In this document: one piece after another, positions 20,510-30,970 of the stretch | How positions within the stretch are numbered: the first letter of the stretch is position 1 | Layout: each line of letters starts with the position of its first letter | Origin: Candidatus Peribacteria bacterium | GTDB taxonomy: Bacteria; Patescibacteriota; Gracilibacteria; UBA1369; UBA12463 | DNA length: 58,950 nucleotides | Assembly: GCA_943349045.1 (NCBI GenBank) | Contig: CALQZC010000001.1 | Span: 1 to 58,950, forward strand | Direction: 5' to 3' | Notes under the pieces: generated by a model | The model's database searches: none | What the model saw: the letters and a program-made list of their open reading frames with translations, nothing else | Told to the model about the DNA's origin: nothing | Position numbers and translations under genes: made by a program

Positions 20510-21637
20510 TTACGTGAGCATTGTATCACAAAGAACGGTATGGAGAAAAGAAAACACTACTGCAGGACGGTCAATCATGAAAAAATATCCTGGATGCACG
20601 AGAACGCCGTGCTTTCGGAGAAGATCAATCGTATACACATCCTCATCTCGATCACCAATAAATTTCACTCCATAAAATCCTCCATCGGGTACGATACTAT
20701 AAAGATTCCAAGAACATTCCCAACGTCGTCGCAACTCTTTTTTATACTCCATGAGAAATTCCTGGCCGCGCTGGAATATCATCGGTACCGCAAACTGGGC
20801 CTGCTCGCTCGTCGCGAGAAAGGTATCCGCGATCGTCTCCAGCGCGGCCACCCCCTTCTCCACGAGATCACTCCGCCCCTCAAGACGAATCCAACCAATC
20901 TTCATTCCAGGCAACGCAAACATTTTTGAAAACCCATTCACGGTACATACCAGCGGGCAGTCAGCGAATCCAGTTCGCTGTGGCAAGACGTAATCAGCGC
21001 CCCAAGCGCCCCCAAACACGAATTCATAAAACACCTCATCAATGATCATGGGTAACCCTTTTTCTCTGGCAATAGCAGCGAGTCCTCGAACCTCTTCGCG
21101 AGACGCGACGTGTCCCGTCGGATTGTGAGGAGAAATAAGTACCACCGCCCGCGTCTTCGAGGTCACCGCGGCCGACACTGACGCAAGATCAATGCCCCAT
21201 GCCCCATCCACCACCCGCAAATCATAGTAGGTCAGCGTGGCGTGACACAGCTTCGCAATGTAATCAAATAAAGGATAGCACGGTCGCGGAACAAGAATCT
21301 CGTCACCCGGATCAGCGAACAACGAAAAAAGATACCAGTATGATTGGCTCGTCCCTGGAGTCATGACGATCTGCTCTGGATTACCGCCGCCGTAATACTC
21401 AGCAACCGCCTTCCGCGCAACCAGTTGACCCTTGGAAATCGGCGCATACGAGCGACTCGCCACAAGCCCAGCATCGAGCGCATCCTTTAACACATTATCC
21501 GGGAAAAACAATCCCGCGTCATGAACACTCCCACTCGCGGCATCGTAAATAGCGCCACCCTCAGCCAATCTCTCAATCTTAGCCCGCGCAAGCGGATTGA
21601 ACGAGCCGATAAAATCATCAATGAGTCGAGAAAACAT
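20510..21637 (-). CDS. PLP-dependent aminotransferase class I/II
   Basis: ISPHNPTG, IIDEVF, GFSKMFALPGMKIGW. Confidence 0.9.
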   Translation of the reverse strand: MFSRLIDDFIGSFNPLARAKIERLAEGGAIYDAASGSVHDAGLFFPDNVLKDALDAGLVASRSYAPISKGQLVARKAVAEYYGGGNPEQIVMTPGTSQSYWYLFSLFADPGDEILVPRPCYPLFDYIAKLCHATLTYYDLRVVDGAWGIDLASVSAAVTSKTRAVVLISPHNPTGHVASREEVRGLAAIAREKGLPMIIDEVFYEFVFGGAWGADYVLPQRTGFADCPLVCTVNGFSKMFALPGMKIGWIRLEGRSDLVEKGVAALETIADTFLATSEQAQFAVPMIFQRGQEFLMEYKKELRRRWECSWNLYSIVPDGGFYGVKFIGDRDEDVYTIDLLRKHGVLVHPGYFFMIDRPAVVFSFLHTVLCDTMLT

Positions 21638-21678
21638 AGTAACGATTCAGCGGTAATAATGGTAGACTCTATAGTACC

Positions 21679-23616
21679 ATGATGTCCAAAAAAACACGAC
21701 TCATCTCGGCACTTCTCACCCTCTCGATCTGTGCATCGACCATTCCGGCAGCACTCGCACAAAGTGTCGGATTTGACGAATATCAAATTCCCGAGCTCGC
21801 ACTTGAGCAACTCGAAACCCCAGCCGAACCAGCAAAAGTAAAAACTATTCCAGAAAATCCAATCGGGATTACGACATTCGACTCAATACTCCTGGACACT
21901 CCAATTCCAAACATCCTCTATAGGGACGAAACGTACCTCATCTCCGGAAAAGTCACAAACAATCCGAAAAATGAGAAAGCCCTCTTTGCCTTTCTCAGTT
22001 ACACCGACATCAATAATAAGGAGCAGTTTCTCAACTTCGAGTCGCCAATTACCAACAATACCTTTTCAATTCCCATTCGTCTCGAACTAGCCGGTAACTA
22101 TCAACTCGGCATCATTCTTGGCAACGGTGGAAAAAGCAAGATTCGAGAAATTGCGGTGGTAGAGACATCAAGTCTCGGACAGGGAAAAGCAAGAGCCGCC
22201 ACGATCAGAAACCGCATCGTCTTGGATTACCAAGACACAACCGACACCACGACCCTACAGTGGAAAAGAGTTGTAAACAGCGCGCACCGTATAACCTTTC
22301 AGCAAAAAAACAAAAAAGTAACGTACATCACGCGTCAACCCATCTCAACACTGCCACTTCGATACACCGATTTCAGAAGTTTCAAACCCGACGACGTCAC
22401 CATCACCATCGCCGCACGACCGCTTACGAGCAGCTCCACAACTCCCTGGAGAAACGTAATCACCAAAAAAACAAAGATCACCTATCACGGATTCAGAAAT
22501 ATCGAGACCGATGTTGTGACGCTCAAAGAGCAGCCAGCCGCGATACAAAGCAGCGAATCCTCCATTGTAATTCAGGGAACCGCGAATCAGCCGCTCGACG
22601 CCGATGCCTACATCACCCTCCCTTCAGGAGTGACTGAAAAAATTACCCTCCAGGATAAGGATCCAATTCCGACAGGCACGCCATTCACATTCAACTACGC
22701 CACGAAAGAAACGGGTCGATACATCGTAGAAATCAATCAAACAACCGGTGCAGCGGCAATCAATATGCCTATCTATATCGCCACTGGAGTACCGCTCATT
22801 CCCGACTATCAAGATCTCATCAATACCCTCACTATACAAGAACGGGCTGTTCAGCTCGAAAAGGATCGAGAAAAAATGCTCACCATGATCAATGCCATCC
22901 GAAGCGCGCTTGGCCTCTCAACGATTGCCCTCAACGCCCAACTCTCCACGCTCGCCCAACAGCACAGTGACGACATGGTCGCAAGAAACTTCTTCGGACA
23001 CGTAAATCTCGAAGGAAAAAGTCCGGAAGACCGACGAAAAAAAGCACAGTATCCGACAGAAGTTGGTGAAAATCTTGCGAACTCCTCGACCCTCAGCTCA
23101 GCAATGCAAGGACTGCTGCGAAGCCCCATTCACCGCGCCAATATCCTGACACCACACTGGACTCAAGTAGGCATCGGCATCGCACAATCAAGTGACGGAA
23201 GCCTAAAGGTCACGCAAGAGTTTTCAGGAGAAGCAATCACCGCAGAAAAACTCGATACCCTCAGACAACAGCTCCTTTCGGGTATCAATACCGAGAGGAA
23301 CAAAACCTCGATAAACGCCATTACAGAAGATCAGGAGCTGACAAGCGTCGCGACACATTGGAGTAAAAAGCTGGCCGCAACCGACGAATTTGGATTTACA
23401 ACAGCCGACGGCCAGAATCTGACGAACACGGTTCGTGCAGCCAACATAAAAAGCAGCATTCAAATGTTTGTTTTTTCTTCCAACACCACGAAAGATCTCA
23501 TCGAAAGAGTTGCAAAACCATCCAATTCAATCGAGAGCCAGTGGACGAAAATTGGCATCGGCTTGGCAATCACGACGCTCGGCGAAATTAAAATCACGAC
23601 GCTCTTGAGTAAGTAG
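21679..23616 (+). CDS. Secreted CAP/SCP domain protein with two C-terminal CAP domains
   Basis: Signal peptide; AQQHSDDM..FFGH, GENLA, SPIHRANIL, VGIGI; second degenerate copy. Confidence 0.85.
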   Translation: MMSKKTRLISALLTLSICASTIPAALAQSVGFDEYQIPELALEQLETPAEPAKVKTIPENPIGITTFDSILLDTPIPNILYRDETYLISGKVTNNPKNEKALFAFLSYTDINNKEQFLNFESPITNNTFSIPIRLELAGNYQLGIILGNGGKSKIREIAVVETSSLGQGKARAATIRNRIVLDYQDTTDTTTLQWKRVVNSAHRITFQQKNKKVTYITRQPISTLPLRYTDFRSFKPDDVTITIAARPLTSSSTTPWRNVITKKTKITYHGFRNIETDVVTLKEQPAAIQSSESSIVIQGTANQPLDADAYITLPSGVTEKITLQDKDPIPTGTPFTFNYATKETGRYIVEINQTTGAAAINMPIYIATGVPLIPDYQDLINTLTIQERAVQLEKDREKMLTMINAIRSALGLSTIALNAQLSTLAQQHSDDMVARNFFGHVNLEGKSPEDRRKKAQYPTEVGENLANSSTLSSAMQGLLRSPIHRANILTPHWTQVGIGIAQSSDGSLKVTQEFSGEAITAEKLDTLRQQLLSGINTERNKTSINAITEDQELTSVATHWSKKLAATDEFGFTTADGQNLTNTVRAANIKSSIQMFVFSSNTTKDLIERVAKPSNSIESQWTKIGIGLAITTLGEIKITTLLSK

Positions 23617-23661
23617 GCCTGTTACGAGTAAAATATCCGGGCACATCCCCTCCCCTCCCTC

Positions 23662-25059
23662 ATGAATTTTCAGCTCCGCCTCTTCACACCAAAAAAAACC
23701 ATCGCCCTCAGTGCACTTGTGGCTTTTTTGATGATTATGATGGCGTATAGCATTATCAAAGGTATCAGTTTCAAGAATGTGATTTTCTTCCTCGGGGAAG
23801 ATCTCCAGGAAGACAGCTACGGGCATACGAACATTTTGCTTCTTGGTACCGGAGGCGAGGGCCACGACGCCCCAGATCTCACCGACACACTCATGATCGC
23901 GAGCATTGATCAAACCAATAACAAGGTAAGTCTTCTATCCATTCCAAGAGACTTCTATATCACGGATTCAAAGGTTGGCGGCACACGCATCAATAATCTG
24001 TACCACCTTGGGAAAAATGACCTTGGAGACAAAGATATCGGCATCCGCATGCTGAAAGATCACATTGAAAAAATTACCAATCTTCCCATTCACTACTCCA
24101 TGAAAGTCGACTTCAAAGGCTTCGAAAAAGTCGTCGATATTCTCGATGGTATCGATGTTCAGATTCCTGAGGCAATCTATGATCCGCAATACCCGCGAGG
24201 TGAGGACATTGGATATGAGATATTTTCACTGGCAGCCGGTCTCCAGCATCTTGATGGTAAAACAGCACTCAAATATGCGCGCAGTCGAAAAACAACTTCC
24301 GACTTCGACCGCTCAAAACGTCAGCAGCTTCTCATATTTGCATTAAAAGAAAAGGCTGAAAAAGAGGGACTTCTGACAGATACTGGTGCGCTGCAGGATC
24401 TGTACGGCACCGTCAAGGACTACGTAGAAACCGACCTGACGCTTCGCGAGATGATTACTCTGGGGAAAATTGGCTCACAGATCAAACGGGAAAATATCCT
24501 CGCGCATAGTATCCACGACGACCCTACCCAGTGTGGAGGTCTCCTCTATACACCAGCTCGTGATCTGTATGGCGGCGCCTCGGTACTCGTTCCAGCGACC
24601 AAAGACAATAAAGACATTCATATGTACACTGAACTCAACCTCAATCATCCTGAGATTCGTCAAAGTGGCATGAAGCTTCAAATTTTAAACGGAACCAAAA
24701 GTGTCGGACTTGCCGCCGAGACAAAAATTCTCCTCAATCGTCTCTGTATGAACATTGTCCGTTTCGGCAATGGACAGAGTAAGGACATCACCACAACGAT
24801 GTACTATCTCAAACACGACGTTCCTGCATCCGTCACCGAAGCACTTCAAAAGCTCATACCGGGAACAACATCGATGGTTATCCCCCCGAAGTACCTCGAA
24901 CCGCAATATGCGAGCGAGGCAGATATTATCATCGAAATCGGCCAAGATTACCTTCCGCGAAAGATGGTTGATCCATATGACTTCATTATTTCACTGACTC
25001 CAACAGCACCGGTGCTCTCGGGAGAAGCAACACCAGCGGTAACTCCAAAAAAACCATAA
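23662..25059 (+). CDS. LCP (LytR-CpsA-Psr) family protein with LytR_C domain
   Basis: NILLLG, TDTLMI, LSIPRD, YARSR..SDFDRSKRQQ, ILNGT..GLA. Confidence 0.92.
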   Translation: MNFQLRLFTPKKTIALSALVAFLMIMMAYSIIKGISFKNVIFFLGEDLQEDSYGHTNILLLGTGGEGHDAPDLTDTLMIASIDQTNNKVSLLSIPRDFYITDSKVGGTRINNLYHLGKNDLGDKDIGIRMLKDHIEKITNLPIHYSMKVDFKGFEKVVDILDGIDVQIPEAIYDPQYPRGEDIGYEIFSLAAGLQHLDGKTALKYARSRKTTSDFDRSKRQQLLIFALKEKAEKEGLLTDTGALQDLYGTVKDYVETDLTLREMITLGKIGSQIKRENILAHSIHDDPTQCGGLLYTPARDLYGGASVLVPATKDNKDIHMYTELNLNHPEIRQSGMKLQILNGTKSVGLAAETKILLNRLCMNIVRFGNGQSKDITTTMYYLKHDVPASVTEALQKLIPGTTSMVIPPKYLEPQYASEADIIIEIGQDYLPRKMVDPYDFIISLTPTAPVLSGEATPAVTPKKP

Positions 25060-25063
25060 ATAT

Positions 25064-25795
25064 ATGCCACTCCGACTTCAAAAATACCTTTCCGATTGCG
25101 GTGTCTGCTCACGAAGAAAAGCGGAAGAGCTCATTCTGGAAGGAAAGATTCTCGTGAATGGCGAGCCCTGCATCATACTCGGTACAAAAATCGACCCGAC
25201 GAAAGATAAGGTCACCTACAACGGAAAAACAGTGAAACCCCGGGCAAAACACAGCTATATGATGCTCAATAAACCAGCGGGCGTCACCTGCACCCTCTCC
25301 GACTATCACGCCGAGCAAACTCTCGGCAGCATTCTTCCAAATATTCCACACCTCTATCCCGTTGGTCGCCTCGATAAAGACAGCGAAGGCTTACTGCTGC
25401 TCACAACCGACGGGGCATTTGCGCAAAAAATCATGCACCCAAGTTTCAAATGTGAAAAAGAGTATCTCGTCATCTGTATAGGCGATGTCACCGAAAAAAA
25501 CATCGAGCTGATGAAAAAAGGATATATGCTCATGGATGAAGATACTGGAAAAGAAAAAATGGCGCGTATCGTCGCTGCAACCATCACCAAAAAAGAACAC
25601 GGAAGAACCTATCTCGCCATCACGCTGGCAGAAGGTCAAAAACGACAAATACGAAGAATGTTTAAAAAATTCAATTTTACGGTACAATACCTTAAAAGAA
25701 TTAGGATCGGAAACGCTGAGCTCGGGAAACTTCCGAAAGGCGAATGGCGAAATCTCACAGCGAAAGAAATCTCCTCTCTCACACCATCATCATGA
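25064..25795 (+). CDS. rRNA pseudouridine synthase, RsuA/RluB family
   Basis: S4 domain RLQKYLS..SRRKAE; PVGRLDKDSEGLLLLT; EGQKRQIRRM. Confidence 0.93.
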   Translation: MPLRLQKYLSDCGVCSRRKAEELILEGKILVNGEPCIILGTKIDPTKDKVTYNGKTVKPRAKHSYMMLNKPAGVTCTLSDYHAEQTLGSILPNIPHLYPVGRLDKDSEGLLLLTTDGAFAQKIMHPSFKCEKEYLVICIGDVTEKNIELMKKGYMLMDEDTGKEKMARIVAATITKKEHGRTYLAITLAEGQKRQIRRMFKKFNFTVQYLKRIRIGNAELGKLPKGEWRNLTAKEISSLTPSS

Positions 25796-26679
25796 TTAGC
25801 GGCCTCATCTCCCTCTACGTCGCATCGCTCATAAAAACTATGCCTTATGTGAAAACAGAGGTACCAACACCCGTACCATTTCATCAAGTTCTCTCCGCCG
25901 CTCCCCTCCCTGAAGAAAAAAAAGAGGTCGCCGCAAAAAGTTCCCCAGGAATTCAGGCGAGTTCCTATATAGCTATGGATCTCCGAAGTGGAAAAATTCT
26001 CACCAGCAAAAATATAAAATCGCGTCGATCGATCGCCAGCATCACGAAGCTCATGACCGCGCTCATCATCCTCGATGAACATGATCTAAACGATATTGTA
26101 AAAGTTTCTGCAAACGGTATCAACATCGAAGGATCAAGAATATGGCTTGCGCAGGGTGAAAAAATAACCATCCGCGATTTGCTCTATGGACTCTTGATTC
26201 ACTCGGGAAACGACGCTGCCTACACCCTCGCCATTCATAACGCGGGCACAATCGAAAAGTTCATTACAAAAATGAACGAAAAAGCAGGAAAACTTGGACT
26301 CACCGCCACGCACTTCGGCAATCCGGCAGGCCTCGACCGCGCGGATAACTACTCAACCGCGGAAGACATCGCCCTTCTCGGATCGTACGCATACCGCAAC
26401 AGTTTTATCCGTCATGCCGTCAGTATTCCGAAAATTACCGTTATGTCTGTAAATGGTCAGTTCAAGCATGAGCTCAAAAGTACCAACACCCTCCTCGAGA
26501 AAGACTCACGCTTCCGTGGACTAAAGACCGGCCACACCGCAGAAGCTGGCTACTCCTTTGTCGGCGTCGCAACACTTCCAAATAATGCCCCAATACTCAC
26601 GGTCGTCCTCGATAGTCCCGATCGATTCAAAGAGTCAATTGCCCTTCTGGACTGGACCAGAGAAAATTTTACATGGTAG
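25792..26679 (+). CDS. D-alanyl-D-alanine carboxypeptidase (peptidase S11)
   Basis: SITK, SGN and KTG catalytic motifs; start moved to ATG 25792. Confidence 0.92.
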   Translation: MISGLISLYVASLIKTMPYVKTEVPTPVPFHQVLSAAPLPEEKKEVAAKSSPGIQASSYIAMDLRSGKILTSKNIKSRRSIASITKLMTALIILDEHDLNDIVKVSANGINIEGSRIWLAQGEKITIRDLLYGLLIHSGNDAAYTLAIHNAGTIEKFITKMNEKAGKLGLTATHFGNPAGLDRADNYSTAEDIALLGSYAYRNSFIRHAVSIPKITVMSVNGQFKHELKSTNTLLEKDSRFRGLKTGHTAEAGYSFVGVATLPNNAPILTVVLDSPDRFKESIALLDWTRENFTW

Positions 26680-26762
26680 AATTTTTTGCATAGCAAAAAA
26701 TTGCTCCCGTTCCCGTATTCCGCATCATTCCCCTCTCATCTTAATCCTCTTCTATCCCCCCT

Positions 26763-27821
26763 ATGAACGAACTCTCTCTCTTCTCCGGACCACTTCGACA
26801 AATAACCCTTATCATTGGTTCAGAAATATTTGCCTTCATCCTTGCCTTGCTCTTGGCACCAACGTTCATTCGTTTTCTTAATTATCACAAACTCGGTAAG
26901 CAGCTCCGTATCACCGCAACCACCGGAGAAAAAGCAACGATCTTCAATGAACTTCACGCAAAAAAAGCTGGAACACCAACCATGGGAGGCGTCCTCATTT
27001 GGGGCACCGTTCTCCTGACACTCCTCTTCTCACGCGTTCTCTCATTCTTTGGCGTGATCGATCACTCTCTCATTAATCGTAATGAAACCTGGCTGCCAAT
27101 TTTCACGCTCGTGACTGCGGGCATCCTTGGACTCTTTGATGACTACATCAACATCAAGGGCCAGGCCAAAGGCCTGGCCGCCAAGCCAAAAATGTTCTGG
27201 CTCCTCTTATTTGCAGCCATGGGCGCCTGGTGGTTCTACTACAAACTCGGAGTCAACTCGATCCATATTCCTGGATTCGGAGACTATGCGATCGGCATCT
27301 GGTATATCCCCCTCTTTATTTTTGTCATCTCCGGAACCGCCAACGCCGTAAACTTCACCGACGGACTCGACGGACTCGCTGGCGGACTCCTCATTATTGC
27401 CTTCGGAAGCTTCGGCGTCATCGCCTTCGTCCAGGGACTCTTCATTCTCTCGGCCTTCTGTGCCATTATCGTTGGAGCCCTCCTCGCCTTTCTCTGGTAC
27501 AACATCATGCCCGCCAAATTCTACATGGGTGACACCGGCGCCCTCGCCCTCGGCGCCACGCTTGGCGTGATCGCCATGATGACCGACTCTGCCATCGCCC
27601 TGATCATGATCGGCTTCGTCTTCGTCATCGAGACCTTCTCCGTCATCATCCAGCTCACCTCCAAAAAACTCTTCGGCCGCAAAGTCTTCCTCATCGCCCC
27701 CATCCACCACCACTTCGAAAAACTCGGCTGGAACGAAGCCACCGTCGTCATGCGCTTCTGGATCCTCGGCGGCATGTTCGCCGCCATCGGACTGATTCTC
27801 CGACTCACGGGCCGGTTCTAA
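26763..27821 (+). CDS. mraY: Phospho-N-acetylmuramoyl-pentapeptide transferase
   Basis: KAGTPTMGG, DD, NAVNFTDGLDGL, YMGDTG, APIHHHFE. Confidence 0.97.
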   Translation: MNELSLFSGPLRQITLIIGSEIFAFILALLLAPTFIRFLNYHKLGKQLRITATTGEKATIFNELHAKKAGTPTMGGVLIWGTVLLTLLFSRVLSFFGVIDHSLINRNETWLPIFTLVTAGILGLFDDYINIKGQAKGLAAKPKMFWLLLFAAMGAWWFYYKLGVNSIHIPGFGDYAIGIWYIPLFIFVISGTANAVNFTDGLDGLAGGLLIIAFGSFGVIAFVQGLFILSAFCAIIVGALLAFLWYNIMPAKFYMGDTGALALGATLGVIAMMTDSAIALIMIGFVFVIETFSVIIQLTSKKLFGRKVFLIAPIHHHFEKLGWNEATVVMRFWILGGMFAAIGLILRLTGRF

Positions 27822-27897
27822 AACTGGTCGCCTGTGGCGGCAGATTCTAAAATTTATACCCTGTGGGTGCCGGTTCTAAAACCTGGATCCAGCTTCG
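27811..27897. repeat. Three degenerate tandem units with 29-bp period starting in the last codons of mraY
   Basis: TTCTAAAA at 27816, 27845 and 27874; GCCGGTTCTAAAAC at 27811 and 27869; CCTGTGG in units 1 and 2. Confidence 0.75.
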
Positions 27898-27902
27898 AAA
27901 TA

Positions 27903-27931
27903 TTGACAAAAATTAATTATAGCTGTATAAT
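27903..27931 (+). promoter_or_regulatory. Perfect consensus sigma70 promoter
   Basis: TTGACA-17 bp-TATAAT. Confidence 0.85.
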
Positions 27932-27958
27932 TAAAAAGTATTCATTCACCACTCATAT

Positions 27959-28373
27959 ATGACTCCAGATCAACAAGGACAGCTTCCTGAAAATATGTCA
28001 CTCGAGGAAAAGGGTGCACATATAGAAAAATGGGCAACCGCCATACGCACCTACCTAACAGACACGCGCCTGATGCAAATTGATTTCGAAAAAGTTAAAG
28101 AAAACATAGCGGCACTCAAGACATATGGGGGCTGGCTTTCCTCATGATCCAAGTGGGCCAAAAACATTACACGACTCAAGAGATTATAGAGAAACAGCAG
28201 AATGCACACAGGAAGCCCTGTATGACCTGGTCGTAAAACCACTTGAAACTTTTGCAGCGCTTGCAGCATCCAAAATGCCAAACGGCCCTGAATATATGGA
28301 TATGTCAGCAAATGGTATGTTTAAAGTTTTAGGCACCATTGCGCAAAAAGTGAGGAACGCGACAAATCTCTAA
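27959..28373 (+). pseudogene. Orphan ORF split at a G5 run (27959..28147 plus 28125..28373), or two small overlapping ORFs
   Basis: Removing one G at 28127-28131 joins the two ORFs (..KTYG/AGFPHDP..) into ~137 aa. Confidence 0.5.
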
Positions 28374-28454
28374 GCGTCCTCTGAAGGAGCCGGCGACCTT
28401 CCCAGAAAAATTCTACAAACCGGTTGGGTTTGATTGCACGATGAACTAAGGAAT

Positions 28455-30350
28455 CTAATCCCGGCTCAACTGTAACTTCGGTGGAAGTTGTGGCGCCTCT
28501 TCTTCGATTGGAGCCGTGACCTCTTCGGCAATCGTCGCTGGAACACTCGTTCCGAGTCCCGTCGTCGCACGCGGAGTTTCGACCACTGGTGGTGTCACGA
28601 CGATAACCGGGACAACAACTATTGGCAACGCAACCGGCGCAGGTGTCCTGAATGCCACATACAACTTTTCAAGAGCGGCACGTTTTTCGACAAGCTCTGG
28701 AGCGACGACGACACGCTGAGACGCATAGCGAGCAAAGAGCTGATCGGCCTCTTTTACGCGATCCTGATACTTGGCAACCGCCTTGCGCGCGACCTCAGCC
28801 TCGCCGTTTACCTGGAGATCCTGAGCCTCAGCCAAAAACTGTGAGGCCTGACTCAGGGCAACAACAAGCTTTTTATCATCAGCAGCGCCAGCAAAATCTT
28901 TATCTTCGAGAGTAATTTTTAAGTCATATAAATTCGAGTCAGGCTTGGCGGCGAGAAGCTCGCTTCGAGCCGAAAGAATGACAGCGCCTGCGAGTTTTTT
29001 GGCCTCTTCAGACTTCAAGCCAGCAGCACGATCCACGACACTCTGCAAAACCTCGAAGGCCACCCGAACCTCATCAACGGTCACACCGGCTCGTTTAAAT
29101 AACTCATAAAAATTCTTTTCGGCGATACTCAGCTCAAGTCGGAATCGCTCATCTTCATTGAATGCGAGGAATAACGATGCATTCTCCTGAAGCTTACTGA
29201 GCGGTCCAGTCACAACACCCGACTTCTCTTTTTCAACTTCGCCGAGAAGCTGCTGATCACTGACAATATTCGCGGCAACCCAACGCCTGTCCTCTTCTTT
29301 AAGAGTGATAGGCTTCACGACTTGCTGCGCAACATCAGTCTTTGCAACCACCTCATATCCCTTCACGATCATCATTTCCTCAGACACACGAGTGGTACTC
29401 GTGGCACTTACGACATTATGGAACACCTGCAGCGAAGCCTCATCTTTTTCCGCAGAGACGAGAAAGGTCGCACGCTGAGAAGCAGAGGCGACGAGATCAT
29501 TTGCCTTCACGGTAAATTCAGAGTTGGTCACATAGTCCATAATATTCGACCAAACACGTCCCCGATCGAGATTCAAAGAAACGAGATGATCAAATCCAAA
29601 GTTTTCAGATCGAAGTGACTCAAACGAGACATCAGTATTTTCAAAAAATCTCGTAATGCTTTTATCAAAATAGGTGACCACCGCTTTACCATTTTCACCG
29701 GTACGAACAGCATCACCTTCTTCAAGTTCAAATCCCTTCATCGCCGCCATCTCGCGTCCATCACGAACCACGGTCACGCTTCCCTCCACGTCTTGCATCA
29801 CCGTAAGCTCACGTGCGAATGTGACCGGAACTTTCAAGGCATAGGCAAAGACCGCGAGTATAAAGACACCCGTCAGAGAGAAGCCAGCCACCGTACGCCG
29901 AAACGCCAGTGAGGAAAGAAGTTTTTCAATCAAGCTTCGTCGATCCGGCTCTGGAAGTTCATAGAGATGTTCACGAATAGTCGTCTTTTTAACTGAAGTG
30001 AGTCTGATGGCACTCGACGTCGAACGAATCCAACTAATTAAACGATCAATTAAATACGATTCAGTAGATAGTCCCGGGAGGGAGGACTCATTTTCTTCAT
30101 CGTCACCCTCCTGAAGAACAGGCTTGAGGGCTGGCTGCATAACTTCAAGTGGCAGCTCCTGCTGAACCTTCGCCATCTCGAGAGCCTCGATTCGCTCAAA
30201 CATATGCGATCGAATTCGACTCCTTTTTGGCGCCGTCAAAGCTGGCATGGCCTTTTCCCGGAGCAGCTCAGCGAACTTCTCGAGCTCCTGCTCATCCAGA
30301 CGACTCTCGCCCTGACCCTTATTGTGAAACCATTGAAAGTTCATAATCAC
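28455..30350 (-). CDS. FecR-domain membrane protein, putative anti-sigma factor
   Basis: Cytoplasmic N-terminus, one TM, LEEGDAVRTGENGKAVVTYFDKS FecR-like segment; follows the ECF sigma gene. Confidence 0.75.
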   Translation of the reverse strand: MIMNFQWFHNKGQGESRLDEQELEKFAELLREKAMPALTAPKRSRIRSHMFERIEALEMAKVQQELPLEVMQPALKPVLQEGDDEENESSLPGLSTESYLIDRLISWIRSTSSAIRLTSVKKTTIREHLYELPEPDRRSLIEKLLSSLAFRRTVAGFSLTGVFILAVFAYALKVPVTFARELTVMQDVEGSVTVVRDGREMAAMKGFELEEGDAVRTGENGKAVVTYFDKSITRFFENTDVSFESLRSENFGFDHLVSLNLDRGRVWSNIMDYVTNSEFTVKANDLVASASQRATFLVSAEKDEASLQVFHNVVSATSTTRVSEEMMIVKGYEVVAKTDVAQQVVKPITLKEEDRRWVAANIVSDQQLLGEVEKEKSGVVTGPLSKLQENASLFLAFNEDERFRLELSIAEKNFYELFKRAGVTVDEVRVAFEVLQSVVDRAAGLKSEEAKKLAGAVILSARSELLAAKPDSNLYDLKITLEDKDFAGAADDKKLVVALSQASQFLAEAQDLQVNGEAEVARKAVAKYQDRVKEADQLFARYASQRVVVAPELVEKRAALEKLYVAFRTPAPVALPIVVVPVIVVTPPVVETPRATTGLGTSVPATIAEEVTAPIEEEAPQLPPKLQLSRD

Positions 30351-30396
30351 CTTTTATAACGAAAGAAAGCCATTTTTGTTACCAGATCGTCACCCA

Positions 30397-30945
30397 CTAC
30401 CACTTCATCCCCATATCCTCCAGCACCGTCCGAAGCGCCCTCAAAGCTCGATACTGCAAAATTCGCAGGCTCCCCTCGCTCTTCTCGAGCATCGTCGAAA
30501 TATCCTTATTAGAGAGCTCATTGATGTATTTGAGGATCAAAAACTGCTGGTAGTCATCCTTGAGATGCTTCAATCCTTTATGGAGAAGGTCGTTGTCGAG
30601 CTTACGTTCCGTTGTAACGCCCGGATGAAACTCAGCGCGGTATTCCTGATAGTCCTCGGTAATCGCCTCAACCGAGTGATTGAGACGATAGTGATCGACC
30701 ACCAGATTATGGGCAATCCGAAAGAGCCACGAAGAAAACGTATTTCCATTATTCGCGTACTTCTGAATATTCTCCCACGCCTTCACGAACACCGTCTCAA
30801 CGAGATCCTCGGCATCAGCGTGATCGACACGAAAGTAAATATACCGATAAATCTGATCAATAAAACGTTCATACAGCATCGCAAAAGCATCGCGATCACC
30901 CTGTTTTGTTCGCTCAACCAGCGTTTGAATTTCAAGTTCAGTCAT
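30397..30945 (-). CDS. ECF-family RNA polymerase sigma factor
   Basis: GDRDAFAMLY, AEDLVETVF, FSSWLFRIAHN, region 4 HTH; start moved to ATG 30945. Confidence 0.92.
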   Translation of the reverse strand: MTELEIQTLVERTKQGDRDAFAMLYERFIDQIYRYIYFRVDHADAEDLVETVFVKAWENIQKYANNGNTFSSWLFRIAHNLVVDHYRLNHSVEAITEDYQEYRAEFHPGVTTERKLDNDLLHKGLKHLKDDYQQFLILKYINELSNKDISTMLEKSEGSLRILQYRALRALRTVLEDMGMKW

Positions 30946-30970
30946 GGAATCGTTAAAAACAGTATCCGAA

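Noticed and set aside
27811..27897. Mini CRISPR array
   Set aside because: A 29-bp period leaves no room for repeat plus spacer, the units are degenerate, and no cas genes are present.
28145..28147. UGA-to-Gly recoding (genetic code 25)
   Set aside because: Long housekeeping genes have no in-frame TGA, and read-through here adds only a few codons before a TAG.
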